Shown: positions 48,470 to 62,351, counted from the stretch's first letter. The stretch is DNA of 64,000 nucleotides from Phoronis australis (GCA_002633005.1 NMRA01000165.1:677558-741557), one strand, 5' to 3'. The notes: generated by a model from the sequence alone, not told the origin. Translations and numbers: made by a program.

Positions 48470-49370
48470 TATACCGATGTGCCCCCCAGTGGCAATTTTA
48501 TTTTTATGTTTGCTTCATTATCTTCGAAGTTCCTTGATGTTTTTTCGTTAACTTTGTCAAATGGGAGATGACGCAACCTAGTGGCTAGTTTTACTGTTTT
48601 CAAGTCTTTTTTGGCGTCTGCCTATTAATCTGCCAAACTATTTGAAAGTGGATTATGAAAGTTGGCATATGGATCCCTGCTGGGGGGATGATGGCTGACT
48701 AATTTTTTGATGGCTCCTACTACGGTGGTGCTTCCTAGTGGTATGTTTTGCATCCATGCTATGTCTCTTGGCCTATGCTGATCTTTGTTAATGACAATGG
48801 TATTTCTATGAAAGTGGCAAGGATGACGACTTCAGGACAGATTCAACTACCGCTACGCCCCATGATGTCATTTTTTTCAGATGCGTTTGACGTAATGTAC
48901 ACCATCTAGTAGCCATTTTTAATATTTCCGAGTCTGGTTTTGGCATCTGCCTCTCTATCGCTAAATAGGGAACATCATGGCCTCTCCGACTGGCTAATCC
49001 CCAATAACGATTGTTTGAAAAATTGGTTTATATATTCCTAGTGGGAAGAGTATGGCTGGCTATGATTTTTTGGACATCTGTGGTGCCGCTAGTGGCAGTT
49101 TTTCACGTCCACTCAGTTACTGTTTCTCCTAAACCAAAGTAGGGTCTTTGTGAAATTCGACAAGTGTATGTCTACGAACCGTGACGACGCATCTGACTAC
49201 TGTTGTGCCCCGTAGTGGTAATGCTATTTTTGCGTTTTCCTCTGTATGATTGAAGATTCTAAACGTTTTTTCGGGAAATTTGGTAAAGAAGTTTCAAAAA
49301 AGATTAATGACACCTTCCCGTTTTCGATTTGACTCATGGTACGCCACCTAGTGGCCATTTTATTTTTTGG
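48470..49370. repeat. Degenerate tandem array, units carrying a CC(T/C)AGTGG core and a TGAAA.TTGG-like motif
   Basis: About 8 cores at ~48485, 48577, 48735, 48906, 49037, 49088, 49211, 49347. Confidence 0.5.
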
Positions 49371-52071
49371 GGGTTTTGGCGTCCTACTCTCTATCCATCT
49401 CTAAACATCATTATGAAAACTGAATAGATAGTTCCGTGGAGCACAAGACCAACTTTCTGACTTAGGTCTTAAGTCAATTTTCATGGAACAGAACACAGGT
49501 GGTTTAAATTTCAGGGTAGTTTGAAAACAAATGTGACGCGAGAATCCGTATGAAATTATTTTTAATTCGGTGACGTGGCTTGAGAACCGAGAGAAATTGG
49601 ATTCGAATCTCGATGAAGTGGGTGTAACATTGCAAAATAGTGACATAAAATTTGGAAAGGCGTAACTATAATTGCAGTTATTATTGCAATTTCTAATGAC
49701 TGGTTTACAATTCTATAATATGTCCAAGTCATGTGATAATTGCATTGTGTGACTCGTTCACAGCGTCACAATGTCTGGCTTTAAGACCTGTCAATTTCGC
49801 TCCTAAAAAATCTACTGAAAGGGATCAAAATATCTTCAAGTGTTACTAAAATGTTGCAAATTGACCAAAAACTGCTCCAGTAGTGTAAAGTATTGATAGG
49901 CTTATGCCTATGAAGGCTACTTTCATAATTTTTTAACGTTAAGGAGGTTTATTTAGTAGAGATGGCTCTTTAGGAAGTATGCATAGGCTTATCATACACC
50001 TGGCGGTTACCTTTATAAATCATTTAAAGACTAATGTAAGAGCCTAGGAAGTTTCCTCCACTGATAAATAAACGCGCTCTAGGGCAGGGAGACATTTTGT
50101 CGATATGGAAGTAAAAACTAATGATGACGTGGGCTACAACACTCAGCAGTGGCGTTGTTGAGATTATTGCTGCTCATTTGGGAGATAACGTTTCAATTCT
50201 CCCAATCTTCCTTGCTTGTGCTGACTGGCTCTTGGCCGTTGCCAGTTTCCCGGTGTCTTCCCGCCAACGCTATTGACGCACGGAGCATTGTGACGTTTCC
50301 GGCAACGCAACGACGCCAAAGTTGCCGACGACGGCGAAAAAGAAGACGGACGACAAAGAAGACAACCAACTGACGACAATGATGATGGGGAAGTCAAATT
50401 CATCTGATGATGACTTGTTTTAGTACACTGCAAGGGCGGCGCTGCACTGAAAAACGTGGGGATACAGCCCCCGGCCCCCCTATGGTGCGCCCCCAATGCA
50501 TTGTACCTAGTTTATAAAACTTGCCAAAATTATCTCAGCGCCGGGCAGCCATTTTTTCACGGGTTGAAAGTTTTCGACGTAAAACTTTAAACCCCGTCAC
50601 TGAAAAGGCGACCATTTTTCAACGATGCAGGAGCCTTGGTGTCATTTATCACAAGATAAAAGTTTATATCAAACCAGCTACAATATATTTGGGAATTCCT
50701 TAACTATAGCTTTTTAAATACTTGGATTTAAACCCCACCTGTTCCTGGCTAATTCCGTTGTCAGTTGTTTTACCTTATTGACCGATAACCAGATAAACTA
50801 ATTAAATATATATTAAACAATTCGTGTTTTTATATGAATGACTGCTATTAGCCGAAGTTGCTGTGGCAAGCGATATTCAATCGGTACATCAAACTCGGCT
50901 AATATTTTCTCTCATATAAAACAGGTGCAGGGATTACGTCAGATCCCGTTAGTGTTAGAGTATTTTACGCGAATACAGAGATTCGAAACCTGTGGCCTCT
51001 TTATAATTCTTTTTTGATAAGACATCGAAATGATTTTTATTTTGGTAGGGTTCTCAATCTTCTTTGCTTCAGTGTATAATGAACACGGTTTTTGTCTATA
51101 AAAGTTCTTTTTAATAAACTTTAAAAAGTTTATTTGCAAGGAAGCACCTTTTCTAAAATCTGCGAAGGGTTCGCTGGATATCATTGAACTAGTCAAATAA
51201 TGGATTTTTAACAGATATAATTTTGTGTTGTTGATCTTTTACGTGCAAATAAATTTCACATTCTGAGAGTTGAACATTTATCGCAGGAATTTGTACAAAC
51301 GACTTTTTTCACGTAAAAGACGTTGTATTGGCAGAGTGACTTAATTTTTTTTTTGTAAACTAGCTGACACGTACTAGGCCAACCATAACTGGACACCCTG
51401 AGGTCAGTTATTCAGTTTACGTTTACTTTCACGTTCACGTAAAAATTTAGCTGTTTCAAAACCCATTTTTGTCACTGTAATGTGAATCGGCACCTGCAGT
51501 TATAAGTATGTGTGGTACCGGGGTTTTCCGTAGATAAGCCCAACCGATGAAACACCCATGGGCGTTCATTTGGAGTATCATGCCGAATAAACGCCCATGG
51601 GCGTTTATTTGGTATTAAAACTTCTGGTGTCAAGTGTCCAGATAGTGGGACGTTTAATCGGAACATTTCCTCTTAAAAGCCCTCTAAACGTCAACTTTTA
51701 GTCACACATTCAGTTTTGTGGAGCATTTATCAGTTAAAGAAACGAACAAAGTGCTGGCGAACTATGCATATGTTAACATAAAATTTAAAAACACATTTTT
51801 AAGTAAAAAAAATCTCAAAGTCAGGAAACCTGTGGCACGCCCCTTTTTCCTGGCGTTTATTTTCTGTTGTTAAAACGTCTGCATTTTTTCATTTTCTGAA
51901 TACACGCCCAAGGGCTTATCTACGGAAAATCCCTGCGTTGTATCTAAAACGTTTTACTACTTATGCCCACGTGGACACGCGAATAAAACGTGATCTGATA
52001 TATCGTGAGGTCTGCTGATGAACAAGGTAATTTGGAGTCTAAGTAACAGTAACCCACGTTCTAAAATCAGT

Positions 52072-53828
52072 ATGATTGCCTTGGCAAGAATATTCAGATG
52101 TCGTCGATATGTGGTAAGTTTAGCAGGGGGATATCTCAGTATAACTGTTTTGCACTCTTCTCATAGCCTTCTTAATTGTCGCGTGAGATGTAGACCTCGT
52201 TTCCTATATGCCTACAAGCAATCATGACAACTGAGCAGTGTCCGTTCCGTCGCAACGGCCAGGTTTATGTAATTACGAAATGCTATAACTTTCCAGGGGT
52301 TTCGCATAAGGAGAGCCGTTCGTCTACCAACTGGTACCTTGACAATTGCTGCTTGCCTGGTTCTTAGTTATTACTTGTGGCCATACTTCGTGGATAGTGC
52401 CAGTAAATCACTTCGTATTCTCAAGAATTTATCAGTGCACGGTATGTTTTCTAGTCTACATGTTGTCAATACTTCCGGGACGGCCAAGCTATATACATCA
52501 GTCAACCTACGAATCTACCTAGCTGCCTACCTATGTACTACACACGCTCCTAATTAAGTATTCTTTAAACATAACGATGCTTTGTAACAACACTCCATCC
52601 TCGAAAGTTTGGAGTCGCTTAGTCGAGCCGAATCACGGAATAAATGTCTTTGAATTTTGTCGCATAGTAAACGAAACATCGCAGAAGTTGAAAACATGCC
52701 ATTAGGATCTGGTTTCAATTACCACCTGTAGGATTGTACTGTACGCGCATCCGTTTCCGGAAAAGTGAATTCTTGGCGTGTACTCTATTTCCTTATAGAT
52801 TTGCGTGAAACCCGACAGCCAAGGTGCAGAGCGGCAGAACTTTCCGGGCTTGTCGAAGAATTTCGATCTCAAAGCAACCGGTTTATCGTTGACTTTTTCT
52901 CGTTACAGAGCTTCTTAACTTCCCGCCTCTGGTACAGTTCGAAGAGACTGAAAAGAGGATTAGCGCGCAACGACAGAGACATCGAAAACTCTCCGTGGAA
53001 CATTTCTGCCAGAAACACAAAGAAAATGTAATCCTGGACATTACCACGATCCCGCAGCGAAATCTTGCTAACTTGTTGTTCAATGACAAATACAGTGCTA
53101 TCTACTGCTTTGTACCGAAGGTGGTATCTACAAACTGGAAGCGAATATTTTTGTTACTGCAAGGAATGCCGCTAAAATCAGTGTTGGTCATGGATCGAGA
53201 AAACGTTCACATGAGCTCGATACCGACGTTGGGGGACTATCATGATAACAAGACCGCCATGATTCACAGGCTTCGAAGTTATACGAAGTTCCTCTTCGTT
53301 CGAGATCCATGGGAGAGGTTATTGTCGGCCTACCGCGACAAATTTGCTAATGACAGCTATGAGTCCCCTCAGTCCAAAAGATGGCTGAGCTATGTCCTGA
53401 TTTCTCGAAAATATTCAAGGCCCGCTTATAGTCAGACATTCGAGTCTTTCATAAAATTCCTCGTAGGCGAACCAGACGCTGTAAGCCGTTTGTCGCCACT
53501 GTTTCCCGAAAACGAACACTGGGCTCTCTATAATGACCTGTGCCACCCGTGCGCTGTTCATTACGATGTCATTGGAAAATATGAAACGCTGGAAGAGGAC
53601 ATAGGCCTTGTCTTTAGGACGATCAACATAACGCATTTAGGTTTCAAGTTCCCAAAAAGGACAACACGGGAACAACTGTCGAGAAGTACCTCTTCGATAA
53701 TGAAGGCTCAGTATTCCACAATAAGTGAAAGCTTAATCCAGCGTGTTAAAAAACTGTATTCTCAAGACTTCGAGTTGTTCTCGTATTCATCACGTAATCC
53801 CGCAAACCGTGGAAAGGAAAGGAAATGA
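52072..53828 (+). CDS. Carbohydrate sulfotransferase, CHST11/chondroitin 4-O-sulfotransferase-like (Sulfotransfer_2 family), ~368 aa
   Basis: Model: exons 52072-52113, 52297-52441, 52909-53828 (1107 nt in frame; the first exon is least certain). Type II membrane anchor TLTIAACLVLSYYLW. 5'-PSB YCFVPKVVSTNWKR and 3'-PB KFLFVRDPWERLLSAYRDKF. Also NEHW, LCHPC..YDVIGKYETLEED, and LYSQDFELFSY. Confidence 0.9.
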
Positions 53829-53860
53829 GACCCCGTTTTGAGTTAACTCGCAAACCCAAC

Positions 53861-53991
53861 CAGTGGCAGATTTAGTGGGGGACAAGAGGGCCCCCAGATT
53901 CCATTGGGCAGTTCGGGTGTGCGAATGTCTGACAGGCAAAATCCTGGTTAATACTATGCCCCCCAAACTCAAAATCCTGGATCCTCCCCTG
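53861..53991. mobile_element. CAG.GGC.GAT...ATCC.CCCCTG MITE family copy
   Basis: Homologous to 62352-62517 (inverted) and to 16967-17237. Confidence 0.7.
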
Positions 53992-54503
53992 TCAACGGTA
54001 TTAGAAAAAACTGAGACGTAGTAAATTATATTGTAAATGTGCTGCCAGTCAAATCTGGACAGTAAATACGAAGTGAACATCCGATGTAGTTATCTCGATA
54101 ACGTCCTTAATTGTGCCACTGTCACATTTAAGTTGCTTATGTTGCCAAAACAATCGTGATCTTGCCACGTACGGGCTTGTTATTCGCATACAAGCGTTGG
54201 TAGAAATTACGTCATAGTTTGATTTTGTGCTGCCTGTTTGTTCAGCGTTATGCTTTGTGCAATAAATACTGAAGCACTAGTTGCCAGGTCAAATTCTAAC
54301 TATGACCAAAGTCATTGCATTGTTATTATTATTTATTTATTATAGTGACGTAAGAGTGCCAGTAAATACAGTCTCAAAGACAGAATATGTTGCGAAAGTT
54401 TCTCATCAAACAAGAAAATCATCCAAACGTCATCTTTATTGCCATTCCGAGCTTCAGACTTGATCGGATTAGTTCATCCTCATTTTCAAGAATGTTCACA
54501 CCG

Positions 54504-54756
54504 CATGCGCACACCCAGCCTTCAATATGGGGGCTCGATGTGGTACTTTTACTAACAATATAGTCAGTCGACTGAAAAAAAATCAGTACCACTACCGGAG
54601 CTGTACGTGCTGTGAATTTGAATTCTGCGTTTGCTCCTTTCTAGTAAACTTTTTATTTCGTTTTCTCAGACTTTTTGTTTATCTGAGGCGGACCTTCTTG
54701 CCCACTTCGCCAAATGAGGGGCTCGTTCGAGCCCCTCCCCCCTGCGTGAGCGCATG
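54504..54756. mobile_element. CATG-terminated MITE family copy
   Basis: Ends catgcgcacaccc...gtgagcgcatg. The internal ctgaggcggacctt.ttg.ccacttcgccaaatg is shared with 60580-60859 and, inverted, with 6832-6925. Confidence 0.7.
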
Positions 54757-56229
54757 CACCGTACGCTTTAGGGGGAGGAGGGGTATTTCTTGTCAGCGTA
54801 CGTTTTTTGACGACATTGGCGTTATCTAAAGTCAACATTTAATAATTACTTGATAACATGGTAAATCTTGAAGAAAAAATAAAGAACAGAAATGTCGCCA
54901 GGACCCAACCACCATCTGGAGGATATATGACTATCGCAAGACGTCGCACAAATTGTTTCCCGCAGTGTCACTCCGTTCGGTTGCTCGATTCTGGTTGTGA
55001 TCTCGACATGGCTCAGTTGTCTAAAGGGCCGAGAACAGTTCTCAACAATCCATCTAATGATTCACAACATTTCGTCAATGCACATTGTTATGTCATTGCA
55101 CGGGCAGAGACACCGCTCGGTTCTTGTCAAAAACGCGCAGTAAATATAGCTTTCTGAAAGTAGAAAGTCTAGAAAATTTTATTTTTTGTCTTTTTTCCAA
55201 TCTGCTATTAATTGCATCACGAGAACATTTGTTTTTATTAAAATTAAGTAAAAATGAAAGATATACTGATAGCAAAACTATGGTATTAATAACATGATCA
55301 AACTTTATTTGACGTAACTGCTCAGATTGAGATATCTAAGGCACTGTCAGAGTTTTCTAAAATATCATTTCTTTTTTGTTTTGTACAACTTGAAAGACTT
55401 AGCCATGAAAATCATAAAAGTCCTATTTTTGATAGCCCCTCATGTAAAAGTGGACCACTTGAAAAACAATGCATGGCAGTGACTTTGAGATCAGGGCATA
55501 AAGCGTAGTGTCTGGCAGTTTCACACGATTCCGATAAGGCGTTTTTGAGATATGATGTTCCGAAATCAGCTGGCAAATTTGACCATTTTATAAATATTTG
55601 AAATGAAGACTTTGAGCACCACTTTCGTTTAATTAGTTCCTCTGTGCTCAGATTAACGTGAGGGATTGGGTACACTCTAGTTCGCAATGCTACGTATAGT
55701 TGGCGCTATATCAGAGGGTAGGGATAAGTTTCAGAGAGAATGTTCGGTGACTACACTCCATTTGTAATAGAACATGCGGTTACGATGGTTCATCTTTGCA
55801 TGCATTTTAATAACAATTGCCGTTTCATGAATTTACCTGCATGGAGGTCACTTCATGTTTACTTTCAACGTTTGAGAGTTTCACATCCAAACACTGCAGG
55901 GCTCTTTTAGTTTCTGTTACTTCATGTTCAATAGTTCTCCAGTATGGATTTTGTCTCAACAAGAAGTTAATTCATCCCGCATTTCTTCGCCAAAATGTCA
56001 GCCACGCTTGCTGGCCGGTTTCAGCTTCAGAATATGAAAAGATATTTTAAACTTGTTCCAAACTTAAGAGAACCGACGAGAAATCCTGGCAAAGTAGTAT
56101 TTTGTTTGAAATATTAAAATGTTCTAGTTATAATTAATGAACAAAACAGGGTTTAGTAACTTTCGAATGTACAGTTCGACGTGCCAACCCTGCTGGGTAG
56201 AACACAAACTAGCACATGCACCGCCAAAA

Positions 56230-58230
56230 TTACTTGTCATTGTATCCGGTGGCTGAAAGGCCATCATGAAATAGTTCTTCCAGTGGGGTCCAAAATGGCT
56301 TGCCATTACCTTCCCCACCGTCACAGGGCAGAGGTCCTTCCCAATCACACGGCTCCATGATCGGCATCATTGTTTTCCACCATCGCTGCACTTCCGGATC
56401 CGCCGCCATCAATGACGCGTCCTTGTCAATATCCGTTCCTGAAGATATCCCGACAATTGTACTTCAGTAACCTAGATAGTTGAACACTGACGTAACTTCT
56501 GTCGCTCAGTTTCTTCTTGACTATTCATTGTTAGACTTTCATGTAAGAAAAGCTCTGACTATAAACTTTGCAAACGTTATATTTTAAGGGAAAATAAAAA
56601 ATTACGACAAATGTCTGTTTCAGTACTTTTTAGTTTCTCTCACAAAAGAATATCAAAACAAGGATGGCGCTATTTATCATTTATCCTATGATGTCATTCA
56701 TACATCGAGTCACGGACTGTTTTTTATGCCTCCTTTGACTTTAGATCGCCATGGCGTATAAATTTGCATTCAAGTTATACGGCCTCCAAGCGAACAATAC
56801 ACATACCTACGTATTCCATGTGTGAGAAGAGAAGGTTGTGTATCTTGTCGTAATAAATGGTGAAGTTGCGCCAATTGCATTTTCGGAGCGACTCCAAGAC
56901 CTAAAAAGTGTAAACTACAACAAAAGCAGACCACGAAATCATTCTAACCGCGGCATCAAGATTGTTATTCTGATCTCAAACAAACAACATTAAAGCTGCC
57001 ATGATAAACTTCCTCATTTTCGTCAAAGAAACCTTTCCTTTATATCTCTTCTCATTATTGAACCAGTCTCAATTGTTCTTTGCAATTTCGGCACCTTGTT
57101 CTCCCGTAAAAAGATTTTCTAAAAGCCAGTGTCAAGCCTGCAGCATGGTCTCAAGAATTAACTTTTCACGGTTCTGAGTCCAAGTCCAGAAATTACCTCT
57201 GATTGAGGGACAAGATGACCAGGCCAATTTCATAATTCCGTAAACTCCGGTGCTCAAAATGAAACGTTGAGTTATTTTACGGAAGGCGGCTTCATAGCTA
57301 CTAAAATCATGTGTTGTCATTGTTCAGTTAAAATGCACGCAGACATCAGTGGAGCGTTTTAAACAATCGGGGCAGATACGCTCGCCAATAAGTTTTGTGC
57401 AGCGAGCATGGTCTCAACTAAACTTTCAAACCCCAAAAACTACTTCTCATCTGAGCACGGGACAAAGTTCATGCCATGCCGTCTCGCTACAAGCAAGATT
57501 GTAGCCTAGGCGAGGTATCTTACCTTATCAAAGTAGCAAGTCAAGCCAATTCATAAAAACATGCAACTGAGTTACCGGCTGATTAAGCATGTAAACCTTT
57601 GTGCGCCCTCCTGCATTTCAGTGCTCCGACTGTTAAACTGGGCCCGGTCTCTAATCTTTGTACTCAAAACGAACTCGAAACTATTTTTGGCAATTTCTCT
57701 GCTCCTTTTGTGCGAACTTAAGATAATTGGTTATCAGACTGTGCTCGAATACATTATAGTTTATGCATAGGAGTTTCTAGTTCAAGTTTGCCCTTGAAGA
57801 CCCTTATATTCGTGCTACAAACTCGAGTAAAAACTCGAAACTTCGAGTTCAAACTCGAACTTATTGCTTTAATATTGGGTTTACAAACTGTGAACTAAGG
57901 GCAATAAATAATCTCCGTAAGTTATTGTGTACTCGAGCATAGAATAATAGACACTTATCTTGAGTTCGCCCAAAAGTAGCGTAAAAAATGCCAAACCTAA
58001 TTTCGAGTTCCATTTCGAGTAAAAAGATTGGAGACCGGGCCCTGGCCTAACTGGATTACAGCTACACTGCTAATGAAGTTGACCTATAGGCCATTTTGTG
58101 CAACTATCTTGCGGCTGTCACGCATACTTACACCAGGCCATACGGACTCGTGATATTTTTTATACATTTCGTAATTTTCTGGCGTCAAGCCACAAACGGA
58201 GCCATAACGTTTACCCGGAACTTGGGCCAT
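56230..58230 (-). CDS. L-rhamnose mutarotase (RhaM/DUF718) family protein, 3 exons, 133 aa
   Basis: Exons 58230-58132, 56900-56807, 56438-56230 (402 nt, GT-AG introns, in frame). Protein: MAQVPGKRYGSVCGLTPENYEMYKKYHESVWPG|VLESLRKCNWRNFTIYYDKIHNLLFSHMEYVG|TDIDKDASLMAADPEVQRWWKTMMP...WTPLEELFH. Family motifs YxxxHxxVWP, N(Y/F)xIY, LFxxxEY, QRWW and W..(L/M)EE.FH are present. Confidence 0.88.
57641..58040. mobile_element. PIF/Harbinger-type foldback MITE in intron 1 of the mutarotase gene
   Basis: Ends ggcccggtctc...gagaccgggcc, imperfect inverted arms longer than 100 bp, and a 3-bp TSD CTG at 57638-57640 and 58041-58043. Confidence 0.8.
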
Positions 58231-60579
58231 AGTTTGTCGACGGTGCAGTAATGGTAGATCGTCCTAATAGACCAGGGTAGAGATCAGTAGCTATCGCGCG
58301 GCTAGGAAATCTAGCCCAAATCACTTGATCTCATTTGAAATACATTGCAATATCTCGCGTATTCTCGCGAAGTTTTAGTTTTCTAGCGAGGTCATAGCGA
58401 AGTCCAGGCGGACCTCTATTCTGACCTTGTACAGAGATAACGCAGACCTACTCAAGAATAACTGCCCTCTGTTATCGCTTTCGTCTTTTGCCTTCGAGGT
58501 ATTCTATGATTAGGCCAACCCGCACATAGGAAAGTTTCGTGGCATTCGAAGCGAATAATCCTTCAAGACCCAATCTGCTTTTATCTCTTTAGTGAGTTAT
58601 ATGATCAAATTTATAAAACGAACTTTAACGCAAAGCAATCTTATCAGTCAATATTTATTCCCAAACGGCATTCTGTGGCCATTTTTATAATAAAATACAA
58701 TACAATTTAAGTGGTGCGAAACCCGTGCTTTCTGTGAAAAAGTGGTACGTTCTTATATTAGTGTTCCTTAGACAAAATAGATGTGATTTCTGTGCTTGGA
58801 AAGAGGTGAACTGACTTCGTAACATTTCTTCAAACCAAGCTCAAAATTTAAAATCACCTGAAGATTTCACTAATGATATTTAAGATTGATCTGAATACTG
58901 GTAGTTTTATAAGACTTTCTAGTCCAGGCATCACTCCTGAAATGAGAATTTAACGAGATAAGAACAATTCCATAACAGCAAGAGGCCAAAATCAATACTT
59001 GCTTCCTCATGACAGACTAACACGCGGGTTTACTACCGCTTTAAAATATTCATGTTTCGGCGCCGGGCAAGCCCGGTTTCTCAATTATGTTGAAGAACCT
59101 AGTAACTTAGATCGTTTACCGATAGGGAATTGGAAGTGACTTTTGTTCTTCAGAACAGACAGTTTATTATTTTCCGAGATCATCATCTTCGAACTGAATA
59201 AAATGACACCATGACAAACAGTAAAACCTTTGAGCCGTTACTGTCGTCGTCCAGTGGCCTTGTAGAGTGGTGACCGGGTCTCAAGTCTTTACGAACCGTT
59301 CAGTAATGCCAAAACCCATAAATCCCACTCATTTTGACCAAGGAACAGCTTAAAACCAATTTCATGGCGGCAAGTGAGCTAAATCAAAAGTTGCTTTTAT
59401 AACTTGTCCCGGAGTTCGAATAGAGTTGTCTTCCAGAGGAGACCTATTCCACCACCAACCCTAAGGTCATACTAGAAGGACCCCAAAAATGAAGAATTAA
59501 AATGAGGTGGATCGGGTTTGACGTCAGTTTTGGGGACTAAATGGGAAGTGATTGCCACAAATGGCCTTCAGTAGTTTCTTAAAGTTGTTTTGAGTAAACT
59601 GAGTGCAGAAATTTGACTTGCGCTCATGTCTACTGGAATACGGAAGTGCAGCCACACACTGAGACGTTTGTGTCCGCCCAAATGATCGGGGATTTGTGCA
59701 ACCATACACTATAGATAGGGACTGCCAACTCCCGTCAGAATATCTATGGTGCAACGTAACACCTTCCAGCAAATTTTTAATTTTATTAGAAACAACTTTT
59801 CAGTTATGTGCTCAACAGGTAAGAATGGTCCTTTCATCTACTAGAGAAAATTCGACTTTCAAAATTTGGCAACCACCTTCATTACTGATTTTTTTTTCTG
59901 TAACATAAAGTTTAGAGGCAATGGCGAGTAATTTCAATGAGTTCATTGATGACAAAATATGAAATGTTAATTTTGTTTACATTTGAACATCTTGCAATGA
60001 AGCAGACCCTCCGTTTCATACGTAAGTAACCAAACTACTTTTTACCTATTGAATTTTAATCTCAAGCCCTTTTCTACTGTATAAACACTCAAAGCACTGC
60101 GTTCAAAATACCAAAAGCACAACTAAAACAAAAATAATTCAAAAGACAAGCCAAGAGTTGCGACACATATAAAACATAGCTGTTCATATTCTATGAATGT
60201 TTATTTTGTAGAAATAGCAATTATCATCGCCAGAATAACTTAACAATCAATGTTAAGTTATTACATCATAAATACATTTTTACATCTTGAGACAATGAAC
60301 AATTAATACTTAAGCCTGGTTTTTATCCGTAATACAGCTACGCTTAATTTATAATACTAACCTAACTAAAAAGCTGTGCATCAAACACCGTTAAAAAGAT
60401 TACATTTAGCCATCATTAACATCGAAGATGTCTTTGAAAGGGTGTGATAAAAATAGACTACACTTCAAATTCTTAATTATGCAGCAGTTCCATGCATTCT
60501 TGAATACATAGCCATGAACCATTTACTTGAACTTTTCAACGATAACAGCAGCTAAAAAAGTTATAAATACATATATTAA

Positions 60580-60859
60580 CATGAGCGTGCGCGCACCCAA
60601 CCTAAATTATAGGGGGGCTCGAATTTTTCGGTACGTAGACTTTTACTGGAAAAATCAACGAGGACTAAAAAACGGGACCACTAGGCTTAGGCCTATATAC
60701 TAAGGATTTTGCATCCCCCGCCGAATTCCTGTGGACTTTGTGGACTTTTGTCTCGTTTTCTCGGAAATTTTGTTTCTCTGAGGCGGACCTTTTTGTCCAC
60801 TTCGCCAAATGGGGGGCTCCTTCGAGCCCCCCGAGCCCCCCCCCCTGGGTGAGCTCATG
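60580..60859. mobile_element. CATG-terminated MITE family copy
   Basis: Ends catgagc...gctcatg. Same internal motif as 54504-54756. Confidence 0.7.
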
Positions 60860-62351
60860 CATTCACTTCGGAGGGGGGGGTCTTTTTTAAATTGAATCGT
60901 TCTTGTTTCATCTTTTTTACTTTTCTTAGAACTTGGGTCTATGCATTCGAGTAGAGAGAGGAGTATCCAATGAAAACTCGCCTCCTCGGGCATCACCAAA
61001 CCTCTGCACGCTACTGCATTTTCGTGATTATCGTTATTATTATTTCGAGAATTAAAAATTTGAAACTGTCAACCACAAAATTCTAACCAAATAGTTAAAT
61101 TTCTTCTCTTCAAGTTGCAAATGGGTGAAATTTCGGAACGTTTTAGGATATTGTGTAACAATCCAGACTGAAAGAAATGAAAGAAGAAAAAAACAAACAA
61201 ACAGAACGCTAGCGGTTCTTAGGACACAGAGTTCGTGTCGCAACGACTCATGGACTACATTTTAACACTTTTGTTTCCCTACTGAGGATGGACAAGAAAA
61301 ATGTTATCCTTCAATCATAAGTTAAACGGTTGACGTACGAAGCCAAGATCAAACACTAGAAATGTCTGGACATTAATTTTGTATCTAAACGACTAGTGCT
61401 GAAGGGATTGAAAACGCAATTTTGCCGGGAGTTGATCGCAAAAGCAAGGTTCTTTAGTGCTTCGAAAATGTCCCAGTGATGTGGTAGTAAAATAATTTTA
61501 TGTCAAATATGCAAAATATGCTCTGTCCTGTCTCAATCCAATGAGCTCGTAATATTTAGTAAGAGCCCGCGTATCTGCTGGAATACACAGACGCCGGGTA
61601 CATTCAACGTGGAAGACGCACATGCATTTTACTTTTATTGCAATTTAAAAACTTAGTTCTGCGAATTAAATAGAGGAATACATCTTATAAGTTCTGCTTT
61701 ATCAGCGCTTTTGGAAATTCGTCGAGTGGACACAATTAACCACGTCTTTCGATTTAATTCATTTTCCGACTTTTCTGAGACTGTTGTATTGTGACAAAAA
61801 ATCTCCGAAAACAAGGCGACTGATGGTTTTGAAGTACAAAGGGCTGTCTTAGTGTTGCGGAACAGCACATGACGAAGTCATCCCGGCGTGTTTTAGTTAT
61901 AATACCCGAGTTGGTTAAAAGCCCCTTAATTTGCCGCAAGGTGCTCGACTCCCGAGTGAAACGTAGGTCTCTCTAACCGCCCGAAGCTTGTAGAATAACA
62001 GAACACCTCAGTTTAGAAGGAAATTTCTATACAAGCACAGTTATTACAAGCGATTATGGGTTAAAAAGTACACATGTCATTGGCTATCCACTCACTTTTT
62101 AGTGTTGACGGATAATTGTTTTCTTGTGCGGCCAGCCGAGCCACAGAAAACTTGTTGCTTGCCATGAATCTGGAGACCGAAGACAACTAGATGTGCGGGA
62201 CTCCCTGGTTTAATATGTTGAAGAGGTTTCCGGCAAATGCTGAAAAGCATTCTTTATCGGGTTACCTGATCAGTGCCAGTGCAATTTCTTGGCCCTGCGC
62301 AACGTGTATCAGACAGCCTAAAATTATTCTTTTTATATATGCTTATAACCG

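Noticed and set aside
48470-49370. CRISPR-like repeat-spacer array
   Set aside because: Eukaryotic context, degenerate and unevenly spaced repeats, and no cas genes.
50149-50500. Acidic/basic low-complexity ORFs
   Set aside because: No motif or exon boundaries that I can support.
52799-52880. Possible extra sulfotransferase mini-exon
   Set aside because: Good acceptor, but the available donors give the wrong phase or a 28-nt intron. The direct 52441-52909 splice is in frame.
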